This document shows, piece by piece, positions 8,118 through 16,878 of a stretch of 57,010 bases of DNA (position 1 is its first letter; each line of letters begins with the position of its first letter). The notes under the pieces are model-generated. The model saw only the letters and a program-made list of their open reading frames with translations, did no database searches and was not told where the DNA came from. A program made the position numbers and the translations under genes. The DNA lies in contig DATBZT010000026.1 of NCBI GenBank assembly GCA_036513055.1, forward strand, positions 1-57,010, in the 5' to 3' direction. This stretch comes from Gemmatimonadaceae bacterium (GTDB taxonomy: Bacteria; Gemmatimonadota; Gemmatimonadetes; Gemmatimonadales; Gemmatimonadaceae).

Positions 8118-8999
8118 CTAAGCCCTGTCGAGTGTTCTCACAAAAGCGATCATCGCTTCGTTGACGGCCACCGGTGCCTCGTCGTAGACGACGTGGCCCG
8201 CGTCGCGGATCTCCACGTGGCGGAGACCGGGCGTGCCGCGGGCGAGCCTGCGCGCTCTCGAACGCGACAATACCGGGTCTCGCGTTCCGGTCAGCAGAAG
8301 ACTCGGAACCTCGAGCGCGCGGAGAGGTGAGTTCCAGTCGTATTCGTGGACCAGCCGGCGCATCGCAATGGTGAATTCGGGGAATTGGGTGGGCGCCCAG
8401 TACTCATCCACGTCGCGCTTCGAGATGGGGCGCAGCTTTCCTGTGACGAAGCGCAGGATCGACGCGATCATCGCTCGCGTGACGATTCGTGGAAGCAGCG
8501 GGACGACTGGCGACGGAGTGGCGCCACGAACCATCCTGAGCCCGGGAACGCCGTCAAATCCCACTGGCGATCCCATCACCACTCCGCGAACGCGTCCAGG
8601 ATGATTCGCGGCGACATGCGCAGCCAGCGACGCGCCCATCGACAGTCCGGCGAGCACGACACCGTGCGCACCCAGCGCGTCGAGTATCTCGATCACGTGG
8701 ACGCGCATCGCATCGAGCCGGTAGTGTCCTCTCGACAGTGGCTTGTCGGAAAGGCCGTGGCCCTTGAGGTCCACGGCAACAGCATGAAAGCCCGCGGCTG
8801 CGAGAGGAGCGAGGTTGTCCCGAAAGACGTACACCGAGCAGCCCCAGCCGGGCACGAGAATTATCATCGGCGCTCCGGGCTCGCCACTCTCCACAGCGCG
8901 CACACGCATTCCCGATGCGAGGTCGAGGTACCGCGTTCGAAGCTCCGGCCTGCGCGCGGGAAACATTTCCGCGGGGGGGAGACGCCCGACTAGAACCAT
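8118..8999 (-). CDS. Alpha/beta fold hydrolase
   Basis: DLKGHGLS, GLSMG nucleophile elbow, GTRD, DAGH. Confidence 0.88.
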   Translation of the reverse strand: MVLVGRLPPAEMFPARRPELRTRYLDLASGMRVRAVESGEPGAPMIILVPGWGCSVYVFRDNLAPLAAAGFHAVAVDLKGHGLSDKPLSRGHYRLDAMRVHVIEILDALGAHGVVLAGLSMGASLAAHVAANHPGRVRGVVMGSPVGFDGVPGLRMVRGATPSPVVPLLPRIVTRAMIASILRFVTGKLRPISKRDVDEYWAPTQFPEFTIAMRRLVHEYDWNSPLRALEVPSLLLTGTRDPVLSRSRARRLARGTPGLRHVEIRDAGHVVYDEAPVAVNEAMIAFVRTLDRA

Positions 9000-9008
9000 C
9001 CGGTCGAG

Positions 9009-10157
9009 CTAGATGAGCTCGATCTCCCGTCCAATGAGCTTTCCGATCAGGCCAATGCGGAATGTCACGTCGGCCAACGCCGCTGGCGTTCCCTTCACCG
9101 GGCCAGAGCCAAAATCCTCCAGCGGGAATATCGGCCAGACACGCGGATTGCCACTCGTGGGAATGTCGCTGCCCTTGTGCGGATGCCACACGCCCGAACG
9201 ATCGCGGTCGTCTTCGAACCTCTCGTACATTTTCAGCCAGTTCTCATTCCGCCGCAGGAATCCGAGGCGTGCCATCGTTTCCAGCCACATCAAGGCGAAC
9301 GGGATGTCCGCCTCCACCGCGTTCCGATGCGGCAGCCGGTCGCCGAGAACGAAATGCGGCTGCTCGATGATCTTCTTTCCGACGAGCTGCATCGGATCCT
9401 GGCGCGGGTGTGGCTGCGAGATGTAGGCGTAGATTCGCTCGACCTCGGAATAGTTCTCCTGCCTGAAGATCGGCATGTGCGCGAGCATCGTCAGCGCGTG
9501 GAAGGATGGCGGCGTCGCTTCCGGCGCCAGAACGTGGACATTTCCAACACGCATCCACGGTTTCCCGGCGAGCGGAGAGTTGAGATATGCGTCGATGCGC
9601 TCGATGATGCGTCGCGCGGCTCCGCGTAGGCGCGGGTCCGCCTCGTATCCGGCATGAGCCAGCGCTGCCGCTGCCGCCTCGCGCAGCAGGAGACGACCGC
9701 GCCGAACTGCGTCCTCGTCCTTTGCCTTGGGCGCCAGCTCATATAGGAATGCCGGATCGTTGTCTTCGGCGAGAAGCCTGAACAGCGCGCGCCGCGCAAG
9801 GGCGAGAGGAGGAGACTCGCGGTCCCATCCGTACTCCAGCAGCCGCCTGACTGCGGGAATGGTTCCGATGTTGGAAAAATCGGTGTTGCTCTTCCCAGGA
9901 ATCGTCAGCATCGACCGATTCCAGGTCCCATCGGGATGCTGCGTCAGTGCAATCCGAAGCGCGGGTGGAAAAGCGTATGGCAGCCATACCATCTCGCCAA
10001 CAGTGGCGTCAGCGAGACGCGATACTTCCGTGGCCGAGCGGTACTTGATTGGACCCGAGGCATGATCGAGAATCCAACCCATCGGAAACTTGAGTGGCTC
10101 GCCACTGACTGCCTGTGGTGCGAGGATCGGATCAACGGCGGAACTGGGAGCAGTCAC
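9009..10157 (-). CDS. Hypothetical protein, possible prenyltransferase/terpene-cyclase-like alpha-alpha barrel
   Basis: Long helical ORF with QW-like motifs QHPDGTW and RDRSGVW; 9 bp from the hydrolase gene. Confidence 0.7.
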   Translation of the reverse strand: MTAPSSAVDPILAPQAVSGEPLKFPMGWILDHASGPIKYRSATEVSRLADATVGEMVWLPYAFPPALRIALTQHPDGTWNRSMLTIPGKSNTDFSNIGTIPAVRRLLEYGWDRESPPLALARRALFRLLAEDNDPAFLYELAPKAKDEDAVRRGRLLLREAAAAALAHAGYEADPRLRGAARRIIERIDAYLNSPLAGKPWMRVGNVHVLAPEATPPSFHALTMLAHMPIFRQENYSEVERIYAYISQPHPRQDPMQLVGKKIIEQPHFVLGDRLPHRNAVEADIPFALMWLETMARLGFLRRNENWLKMYERFEDDRDRSGVWHPHKGSDIPTSGNPRVWPIFPLEDFGSGPVKGTPAALADVTFRIGLIGKLIGREIELI

Positions 10158-10316
10158 TATCGGCGCTCGACGTCTGTTGGGTTGAAAAAGCGGCGGACCG
10201 CCGCGACGGGGAACTCGTCCCGAATGGCAGCTGGCGAACGAGAGCCCAAATGCAGCGCCCAGATGGTGGCGCGTAAGAATAGCAGATTTTGCACCCAGCG
10301 CTAGGGCAGGTGGGGC

Positions 10317-10339
10317 AAGTCGTTAAACATTAACGACTT
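10317..10339. promoter_or_regulatory. Perfect 10-bp inverted repeat, possible protein (IHF-like or TF) binding site
   Basis: AAGTCGTTAA-ACA-TTAACGACTT in a divergent intergenic region. Confidence 0.5.
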
Positions 10340-10384
10340 ACGTCAGAGCCGGGAACCCGCGAACCGCTAACGGTAACAGCCGTT

Positions 10385-10410
10385 CAACCTTTTTTGGGTT
10401 TGCGGCGTAT
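10385..10410 (+). promoter_or_regulatory. Candidate ECF-sigma promoter
   Basis: AAC-N17-CGT (CAACCTTTTTTGGGTTTGCGGCGTAT) upstream of the Spy/CpxP-like gene. Confidence 0.45.
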
Positions 10411-10461
10411 CAATGACGACCACTAGCATCAAAAAAAAACAGTTTACAGTCTGGAGACAAC

Positions 10462-10866
10462 ATGAGTTGGATTCGCTTGGGGCTCGCCGCCGTTGCATTC
10501 GCGAGCATTGCCTCGGTAGCAAGCGCGCAGGGTGGACCGCCGCAGGGCGGACCGCAGGCCGGTCGTGGTGGTGGAATGTCGAGAATGCTGTTCGTCGGCA
10601 TCAACCTCACCGACGCGCAGAAGGATCAGGTTCAGAAGATCAATGACAAGTATCGGGCCGAGAGACAGGCGCTCATGCCGGCAGGTGGGATGCAGGCGGG
10701 ACCGCCGAATGACGCAACTCGCGCGAAGATGATGGAGCTGAGCACCAAGTCGCAGGCAGAGTATCGCGTGATTCTCACCGCCGATCAGCAGAATATCTTC
10801 GACAAGAACGTGGCCGACATGAAGGCCAGGATGGAGCAGCGCCAGAAACAGGGCGCCGGAGCGTAA
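10462..10866 (+). CDS. Spy/CpxP (LTXXQ) family periplasmic chaperone
   Basis: Signal peptide, G-rich linker, LTDAQ and LTADQ motifs, GGAG RBS. Confidence 0.85.
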   Translation: MSWIRLGLAAVAFASIASVASAQGGPPQGGPQAGRGGGMSRMLFVGINLTDAQKDQVQKINDKYRAERQALMPAGGMQAGPPNDATRAKMMELSTKSQAEYRVILTADQQNIFDKNVADMKARMEQRQKQGAGA

Positions 10867-10869
10867 CCG

Positions 10870-12108
10870 CTATTTCACGCTGACCGCGCTCGGGCTTTTC
10901 GGCGACAGCGCGGCGACAGTGTAGCGACTCCCCGGGTTCCAGAGTATCCAGCTCTGGAACCCGTTGTCGTATCCGGCCTTCATCTGAGCGCGAACCTGCT
11001 CGGCGGTGTAGTGCGGGGGACCAAGAGTGAAGTCCTGATACCACGGTACGATCTTCGCCGCTCCAGTCACGGCGGCGCTGCGACGCTTCATGTCCTTCAG
11101 TGCATGATCCACGGTGGCGTATGGGTGGGCGTTGGGATTCCTCAGCCTGTACGTCCCCGGCGCGAAGTGTGACGGATACACCATCGGCAGCACGACGTCG
11201 GCACGATCGACGAATTTCTCCCACTTCTGCCCGATGCCCATGTCGGTGGTGTCGGTGGCAGTCAGCCCGAAGACATCGATCGTCACCGGCATCGACGATT
11301 TGTGAAGCTCCGCGTAGAGAATCCCAAGCTGATCGCGGATCACCTCCGCACGCACACGACCATTGGCGAGAGGATAGACAGTTTCGCTCACAAGCCGCTT
11401 CTCGTCCGGAAACCGCACGTAGTCGAACTGCACCTCGCTGAATCCCAGATCGTACGCTTCCTTCGCCAGATCCGCCGCGTACTGCCACACTCCCGTCTGG
11501 TGCGGGTCGAGCCACGGATTTCCGTTCTTGTCGAGCCAGGGCTGGAGATCGGTTTTTCGTTTGATGGCCCACTCGAGCTTTGCGCGGGCGAGCAGCGGAT
11601 CCTTCGCCACGACGATGCGCGCGATCGGATATATCTGGTGCGCCCTCATCGTGTCGAGGATTGCGCGCAGCCGCGCCGGCGACATTGGCCGCGTCGTATC
11701 GGCGCCGATCTGGCTCGCCAGCGGCACGCCCGACTTGTAGAGAACAAAGCCACGGTCGTCCTTGACGTCGATCACGAGGGTATTCACTTCGGTGGTCTTC
11801 GCGAGATCGATCAGCTGAGTGATCTTCTTTCCGAGCGCGGCCCACCGGTTCACATAAAGACCGCGGAGAACTTCCGGCCGCGGAACGTGAGCAATCGGCG
11901 CACTACGGACGGAATCAGTGGCTATCGTATCGGATCGCTTGCGCAGCATGGCGACCGAGTCGCGTGCATTGGCAATGCGCCCGGCCATGGCCGCGGTCCG
12001 GTCGCTGCATCCGGCGGATGCAGCGAGGCCGGCCGCGGCGATCGCGGTGAGAGTTATTCGCGGAAGAATTTGCATTGTTGAAACGGCAGATGCGGCGACC
12101 GCCTTCAT
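10870..12108 (-). CDS. Putative glycoside hydrolase (DUF4015-like TIM barrel) lipoprotein
   Basis: Lipobox SAGC; NTLVIDVKDDRG, IARIVVAKD, EVQFDYVRFP, PMVYPSH motifs. Start could be 12075. Confidence 0.82.
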   Translation of the reverse strand: MKAVAASAVSTMQILPRITLTAIAAAGLAASAGCSDRTAAMAGRIANARDSVAMLRKRSDTIATDSVRSAPIAHVPRPEVLRGLYVNRWAALGKKITQLIDLAKTTEVNTLVIDVKDDRGFVLYKSGVPLASQIGADTTRPMSPARLRAILDTMRAHQIYPIARIVVAKDPLLARAKLEWAIKRKTDLQPWLDKNGNPWLDPHQTGVWQYAADLAKEAYDLGFSEVQFDYVRFPDEKRLVSETVYPLANGRVRAEVIRDQLGILYAELHKSSMPVTIDVFGLTATDTTDMGIGQKWEKFVDRADVVLPMVYPSHFAPGTYRLRNPNAHPYATVDHALKDMKRRSAAVTGAAKIVPWYQDFTLGPPHYTAEQVRAQMKAGYDNGFQSWILWNPGSRYTVAALSPKSPSAVSVK

Positions 12109-12122
12109 GGGCGGTACGACGG

Positions 12123-14111
12123 CTACAGCGCGTTGACCTCGGCTGCCGCGTCGGAAAGATATCCCATTTCTTTTACCACCACCTGCGCCTGTTCGGTCAC
12201 CATCGTGAGGCCGCGCGGCGTGCCCGACAGTCCCGACGAGCGGTAGCGCAGCAGCTCGAGGCGCATGCTTCGGAGCAGAGTGCGGCAGTGCTCGAGCTTC
12301 GTCTCGCCCTCGCTGCGGGTTTTGCGCAGGTCGGCAACCACTCGACGCTGGCGCTTGAGGTGGGCGAGCCGTCGCACGCGCTCCTCGCTGGCGCGATAGT
12401 CGAGCGGATTGGCCTTTGCTTCGAGATCGTTTATCTCGCGCTCGATCGACTCGGGCGTATCGCGGGAGTCGCGCAGATCGAGCTCGGCGAGAGTTCCGGC
12501 AACCTGCATCGCCTTTCTATAGACAGCGTCAGCGGAAGCTCCGACATCGGGGATCTGCTCTCTCTCGTTTTTCGTCATTCCCAGAATCTGACGCTGAATC
12601 TCGTCGCGGTCCGACCGGATCTGGTTGAGCACCGAGCCGTACGGAGAGTTGTCGGCAAGCAATGGCATAGGCGCGGTCTCGCCCGGCAGCGGCGAGCGAG
12701 CCATTCGCGACCCGCCGGGCTGCTGAGCTGAAGACGATGACGACGGGCCCGAGTAGAGTCCGCCAACGGCGATCAGTCCGCGCGCCCGGGCTCGCGCGCG
12801 AACTTTCTCCCGCTTTGTTTCGTCGAACAGCGCCCGCGCATCGTCAATCGTCTCCGCCGCCACGTCGAACAGCATGCGGTCGCGCGGCTGGCGGAAAACG
12901 TCGCGCCAGTTGTAACCCTCCTGCCATAGCTTGGAGTAACTCACCGCCATCGCGATCGACCAGAACATGGGGATGAAGAGAAATCCGCCGTCGCCGAAAA
13001 TCGAAAGCGGAATGAGGACCGCGTTGACGGCGATGAACGGGGCGAGCTTTTTCCGAAAGCGACGCACGGCGGGCGCATCCCATCGTGACAGATCATCGGG
13101 TGACGGTACCATTGCCGATCGCGGACCCGAGCTCATCCGCGTGTTAGCGGGACTCCACGACGAACGGTCCGGCGCACCCAGAGAGTGGCCGCGGCCGAAG
13201 TGGCCTTCGTCGGCCAGAGTCGGCATGTGACTGCCGAGCGTACGCACCGGTATCTCGCCCCCGCTCAGCGCGACGACCAGTGACTGTGCGTCGGGGAAAC
13301 GGTTTTCCGGGTCTTTCTCCAGAAGCATCATGATGATGCGCGCGAGATCGGGCGGCAGTCCGATACGGCGGTGCTCCACCGGCACGGGCCGCTCCGACAG
13401 ATGCTTTACCAGCATTGACGGCGTGTTCGGCGCGTTGAACGGCAGATCGCCGCAGGCCATCTGGTACCCAACCACGCCCAGCGAATAGAGATCGCTTCTG
13501 CCGTCGATGTTTGCATCACCGGCCGACTGTTCCGGCGACATGTACGCCGGCGTCCCGATTGCCATTCCCGTTGCGGTGAGCCGGGAATCGTTCTTGTCCG
13601 TCAGCGCGCGGGCAATGCCGAAGTCGGTGACCATCGCGCGGCCGCTGTCGGCGTCAAGCAGGATGTTGTCCGGCTTGATGTCGCGATGCACGACATTCCG
13701 CTTGTGGGCGTACGAGAGCGCATCCGCAACCTCGCGCAGAATGCGCCGAACCTCCTCCGGCTCCATGGCCCCTTCATCCTGCAGGCGCTTGGCGAGATTG
13801 TCGCCGGCGATGAAGGCCATGATGAAGTAGACGAGGTTATCCCGCTCCTCGACGTTGTAGATCGGAACGATATTCGGATGGCTGAGCTGTGCCGCCGTCT
13901 CCGCCTCACGCAGAAACCGTGAACGAATGTCCGATCGAAACGCCAGCTCCGGCGGAAGAAGCTTTACGGCGACGTTACGCTTGAGTCGCCGGTCCTTGGC
14001 GCAGTACACGATTCCCATGCCCCCGCGCCCGATCTCCCCCTCCAACTCGTAGTTGGGGGCGAGGACCGTCGCCACATGGGCGCCTAGCTCGTCGTCTGGT
14101 CTTAATGGCAT
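12123..14111 (-). CDS. Hanks-type Ser/Thr protein kinase with a 2-TM segment and a C-terminal coiled coil
   Basis: GRGGMG, VAVK, HRDIKPDN, DFG, GTPAYMSPE; hydrophobic hairpin FIAVNAVL...FWSIAM. Confidence 0.93.
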   Translation of the reverse strand: MPLRPDDELGAHVATVLAPNYELEGEIGRGGMGIVYCAKDRRLKRNVAVKLLPPELAFRSDIRSRFLREAETAAQLSHPNIVPIYNVEERDNLVYFIMAFIAGDNLAKRLQDEGAMEPEEVRRILREVADALSYAHKRNVVHRDIKPDNILLDADSGRAMVTDFGIARALTDKNDSRLTATGMAIGTPAYMSPEQSAGDANIDGRSDLYSLGVVGYQMACGDLPFNAPNTPSMLVKHLSERPVPVEHRRIGLPPDLARIIMMLLEKDPENRFPDAQSLVVALSGGEIPVRTLGSHMPTLADEGHFGRGHSLGAPDRSSWSPANTRMSSGPRSAMVPSPDDLSRWDAPAVRRFRKKLAPFIAVNAVLIPLSIFGDGGFLFIPMFWSIAMAVSYSKLWQEGYNWRDVFRQPRDRMLFDVAAETIDDARALFDETKREKVRARARARGLIAVGGLYSGPSSSSSAQQPGGSRMARSPLPGETAPMPLLADNSPYGSVLNQIRSDRDEIQRQILGMTKNEREQIPDVGASADAVYRKAMQVAGTLAELDLRDSRDTPESIEREINDLEAKANPLDYRASEERVRRLAHLKRQRRVVADLRKTRSEGETKLEHCRTLLRSMRLELLRYRSSGLSGTPRGLTMVTEQAQVVVKEMGYLSDAAAEVNAL

Positions 14112-14237
14112 AATACGCGAGTCATCCCGGCAGGCACGGTTTGCGAATCATGCCCCCGTGGCGTAAATCCTTCGCTCGAAAGATGCAGTATACGTCGTCC
14201 CTAGAGTAGTACACGTTCAACCACTACGGAAGAATTC

Positions 14238-16796
14238 ATGGGACAGCGTCAAACTATACCGGTTCTGCCACTTCGTGGAACAGTAATCTTTCCGGGCCTC
14301 ACGGCGCCAATCTCCGCCGGCCGCCCGGGAACTCTTCGCGCAATCGAGTCGGCGTTGAAGGGAGAGAGGCTCGTTTTCGCGGTCGCCCAGCGCGACAACA
14401 CCGACGAGCCCAGCCCCGACATACTGTATTCGATGGGCGTCATTGCCCGCATCGGCCAGATCCAGCGAGGCCTCGGCGGTGTGCAGCTCCTGCTCCAGGG
14501 CGAGCAGCGGGCCACCGCGCTCCAGTACACGATGACCGAGGGATTCCTGAGCGCCGTCATCGTGCCGGCCGAGGAGATGAGCCCGGTGGACGAGAACGAT
14601 CCGGCGTTCACGGCTCTTCAGAAGGAGACTCGCGAGCGCGCCGCCGAGCTTGGCGAGCGCCGCGGGCTTCCCGAGGAAGTCGTGCACCAGGTGCTCGACG
14701 CCGTAACCGAGCCCGGCAAGTTCGCCGATCTCGTCGCGGGCTACATCGAGCTGCCGGTGCCCGAGAAACAGGGATTGCTGGAGACTCTCAATGTCGAGGA
14801 GCGCCTTCGGCGCGTCCTCGTTCACGTCCAGCGACAAGTCGGCCTCCTCGAGGCGCAGGAAGACATCAAGTCGCAGGTTCAGGAAGAGCTCGGCGAGCGC
14901 CAGCGCGAGATGTACCTGAGAGAGCAGATGAAGGCGATCCAGAAGGAGCTCGGCGATGACGACCAGTCGAAGGAAATCACTGATCTCCGAGACAAGCTGA
15001 ACAGCCTCGAGCTGCCCAAGGAGGCGCGCGCCGAGGTGGAGCGCGAGCTCGGCCGTCTCGAGCGCGCCGGCCGCGAGTCAATGGAAGCCCAGGTTATCCG
15101 CACGTATCTCGAGTGGATTTCCGAGCTGCCATGGAACAAGCGCTCCGACGACCTTCTCGACCTCAGTCACGCCGCCGTCGTGCTCGACGAAGACCACTAC
15201 GGGCTGACGGACGTGAAAGATCGCGTTCTCGAGTTCCTGGCGGTGCGCCAGCTTCGCGCCCAGCAGCTTGCTGAGGAGGTGGAGAAGCAGGGAGAGCTGC
15301 CCGTCTCCAGGATCCGCAGTGAAACAGCCGACGCTACCCCGTCGCTGGCCATCGGCGATGACGAGGACCGCACAATCACCGACAAGAAGGAAGCAAAGGC
15401 CCGCGCCATGGCGAAGGGTCCGATTCTCATCTTCATCGGTCCCCCAGGCGTCGGCAAGACGTCGATCGCGAAATCCATCGCCCGCGCGCTTGGTCGAGAG
15501 TACGTGCGCGTCTCACTCGGCGGCGCTCGCGACGAAGCCGACATCCGTGGACACAGGCGCACCTACGTCGGTGCAATGCCTGGCCGGATCATTCAGGGAA
15601 TGAAGCAGGCCGGGACGAAGAATCCGGTCTTCCTGCTCGACGAAGTCGACAAGCTCGGCACGTCATTCCAGGGAGATCCGTCCGCCGCTCTGCTCGAGGT
15701 TCTCGACCCGGCGCAGAACGATACATTCACCGATCACTATCTCGGCATCCCGTTCGACCTGAGCGAAGTGCTGTTCATCGCGACAGCCAACTTCGTCCAG
15801 AACATTCCCGGTCCGCTGCTGGATCGCATGGAAGTCGTGGACTTCGCCGGCTACACGGAGAAGGAGAAGGCGGAGATCGCCAAGAAGTATCTGATTCCGC
15901 GGCAGCTGGAAGAGTCGGGTCTCGGCGACAAGGGAATTGCCTTTACGGATGACGCGGTGATGAGCGTCGTCACGAGTTACACTCGCGAGAGTGGCGTCCG
16001 GCAGCTCGAGCGGCAGCTTGGCGCCGTCGCCCGGAAGGTCGCCCGCAAGATTGCGATGGGGGAGACCGGACCGATTGTCGATGAGACGATCACGGCCGAA
16101 GAGGTCCGTGAGCTGCTCGGCCGTCCAAAGGTCCATCCAGAGCGCGCTCAGGAACAGAGCGAGGTGGGCATCGCGACCGGCATGTACTACACGCCGATGG
16201 GCGGCGACATCATGTTCGTCGAGGCGTCAATCCGCCGATACTATGGAAAAAGTACGGGCGATGGCGAGCAGCCCGGTCCGGGCGGAGCGGTATCGCTGAT
16301 CCTCACCGGTCAGCTTGGAGACGTCATGAAGGAATCGGCGCGGGCGGCGTTCACCTATGCTACCAATAACGCGGCTGTTCTCGGGATTCCCAAGGATCGG
16401 CTTGGCGCGGTCGAAGCCCACATTCACGTGCCGGCGGGTGCGATCCCCAAGGACGGTCCGTCGGCGGGAATCGCAATCGCCACTGCGCTCGTGTCGGAGA
16501 TGTCCGACCGTCCGGTGAGAGGCGATGTCGCGATGACTGGTGAGATCACTCTGCGCGGCCGGGTGCTGCCGATCGGCGGCCTGAAGGAGAAAGTGCTGGG
16601 CGCCCACCGTGCCGGCATCAAGCACATCATCATCCCGAAAGCAAATGAGGGCGACATCGAGGACGTGCCGGAAGATGTGAGAAAAGTCCTGAGCTTCCAC
16701 CCGGTGGAGACGCTGCGGGAAGTGCTGGACATTGCGCTGGTGCCGGCAGAAGAGGTGAAACAGGTGACACCGCTGGAGATAGCCGGCGCCGCCTGA
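14238..16796 (+). CDS. lon: ATP-dependent protease La (LonA)
   Basis: LPLRG N-domain, DHYGL, GPPGVGKT, LLDEVDK, PKDGPSAG (Ser), GGLKEK (Lys). Confidence 0.97.
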   Translation: MGQRQTIPVLPLRGTVIFPGLTAPISAGRPGTLRAIESALKGERLVFAVAQRDNTDEPSPDILYSMGVIARIGQIQRGLGGVQLLLQGEQRATALQYTMTEGFLSAVIVPAEEMSPVDENDPAFTALQKETRERAAELGERRGLPEEVVHQVLDAVTEPGKFADLVAGYIELPVPEKQGLLETLNVEERLRRVLVHVQRQVGLLEAQEDIKSQVQEELGERQREMYLREQMKAIQKELGDDDQSKEITDLRDKLNSLELPKEARAEVERELGRLERAGRESMEAQVIRTYLEWISELPWNKRSDDLLDLSHAAVVLDEDHYGLTDVKDRVLEFLAVRQLRAQQLAEEVEKQGELPVSRIRSETADATPSLAIGDDEDRTITDKKEAKARAMAKGPILIFIGPPGVGKTSIAKSIARALGREYVRVSLGGARDEADIRGHRRTYVGAMPGRIIQGMKQAGTKNPVFLLDEVDKLGTSFQGDPSAALLEVLDPAQNDTFTDHYLGIPFDLSEVLFIATANFVQNIPGPLLDRMEVVDFAGYTEKEKAEIAKKYLIPRQLEESGLGDKGIAFTDDAVMSVVTSYTRESGVRQLERQLGAVARKVARKIAMGETGPIVDETITAEEVRELLGRPKVHPERAQEQSEVGIATGMYYTPMGGDIMFVEASIRRYYGKSTGDGEQPGPGGAVSLILTGQLGDVMKESARAAFTYATNNAAVLGIPKDRLGAVEAHIHVPAGAIPKDGPSAGIAIATALVSEMSDRPVRGDVAMTGEITLRGRVLPIGGLKEKVLGAHRAGIKHIIIPKANEGDIEDVPEDVRKVLSFHPVETLREVLDIALVPAEEVKQVTPLEIAGAA

Positions 16797-16829
16797 ACGT
16801 GATGGAGCGCTGAAGCAGGATTGACAAAG

Positions 16830-16863
16830 AACGGGGAGTCCAGAGAGGGCTCCCCGTTTTTTT
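16830..16863 (+). terminator. Rho-independent terminator of lon
   Basis: AACGGGGAGTCC-AGAGA-GGGCTCCCCGTT followed by a T run. Confidence 0.88.
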
Positions 16864-16878
16864 GCCTTACATTATGCC

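Noticed and set aside
10431-10439. A9 tract upstream of the Spy-like gene as a phase-variation site
   Set aside because: Lies in the leader, not in a CDS or promoter spacer; no evidence of length variation
15255-15416. Intein in Lon
   Set aside because: Too short and lacks the C/S start and HN end
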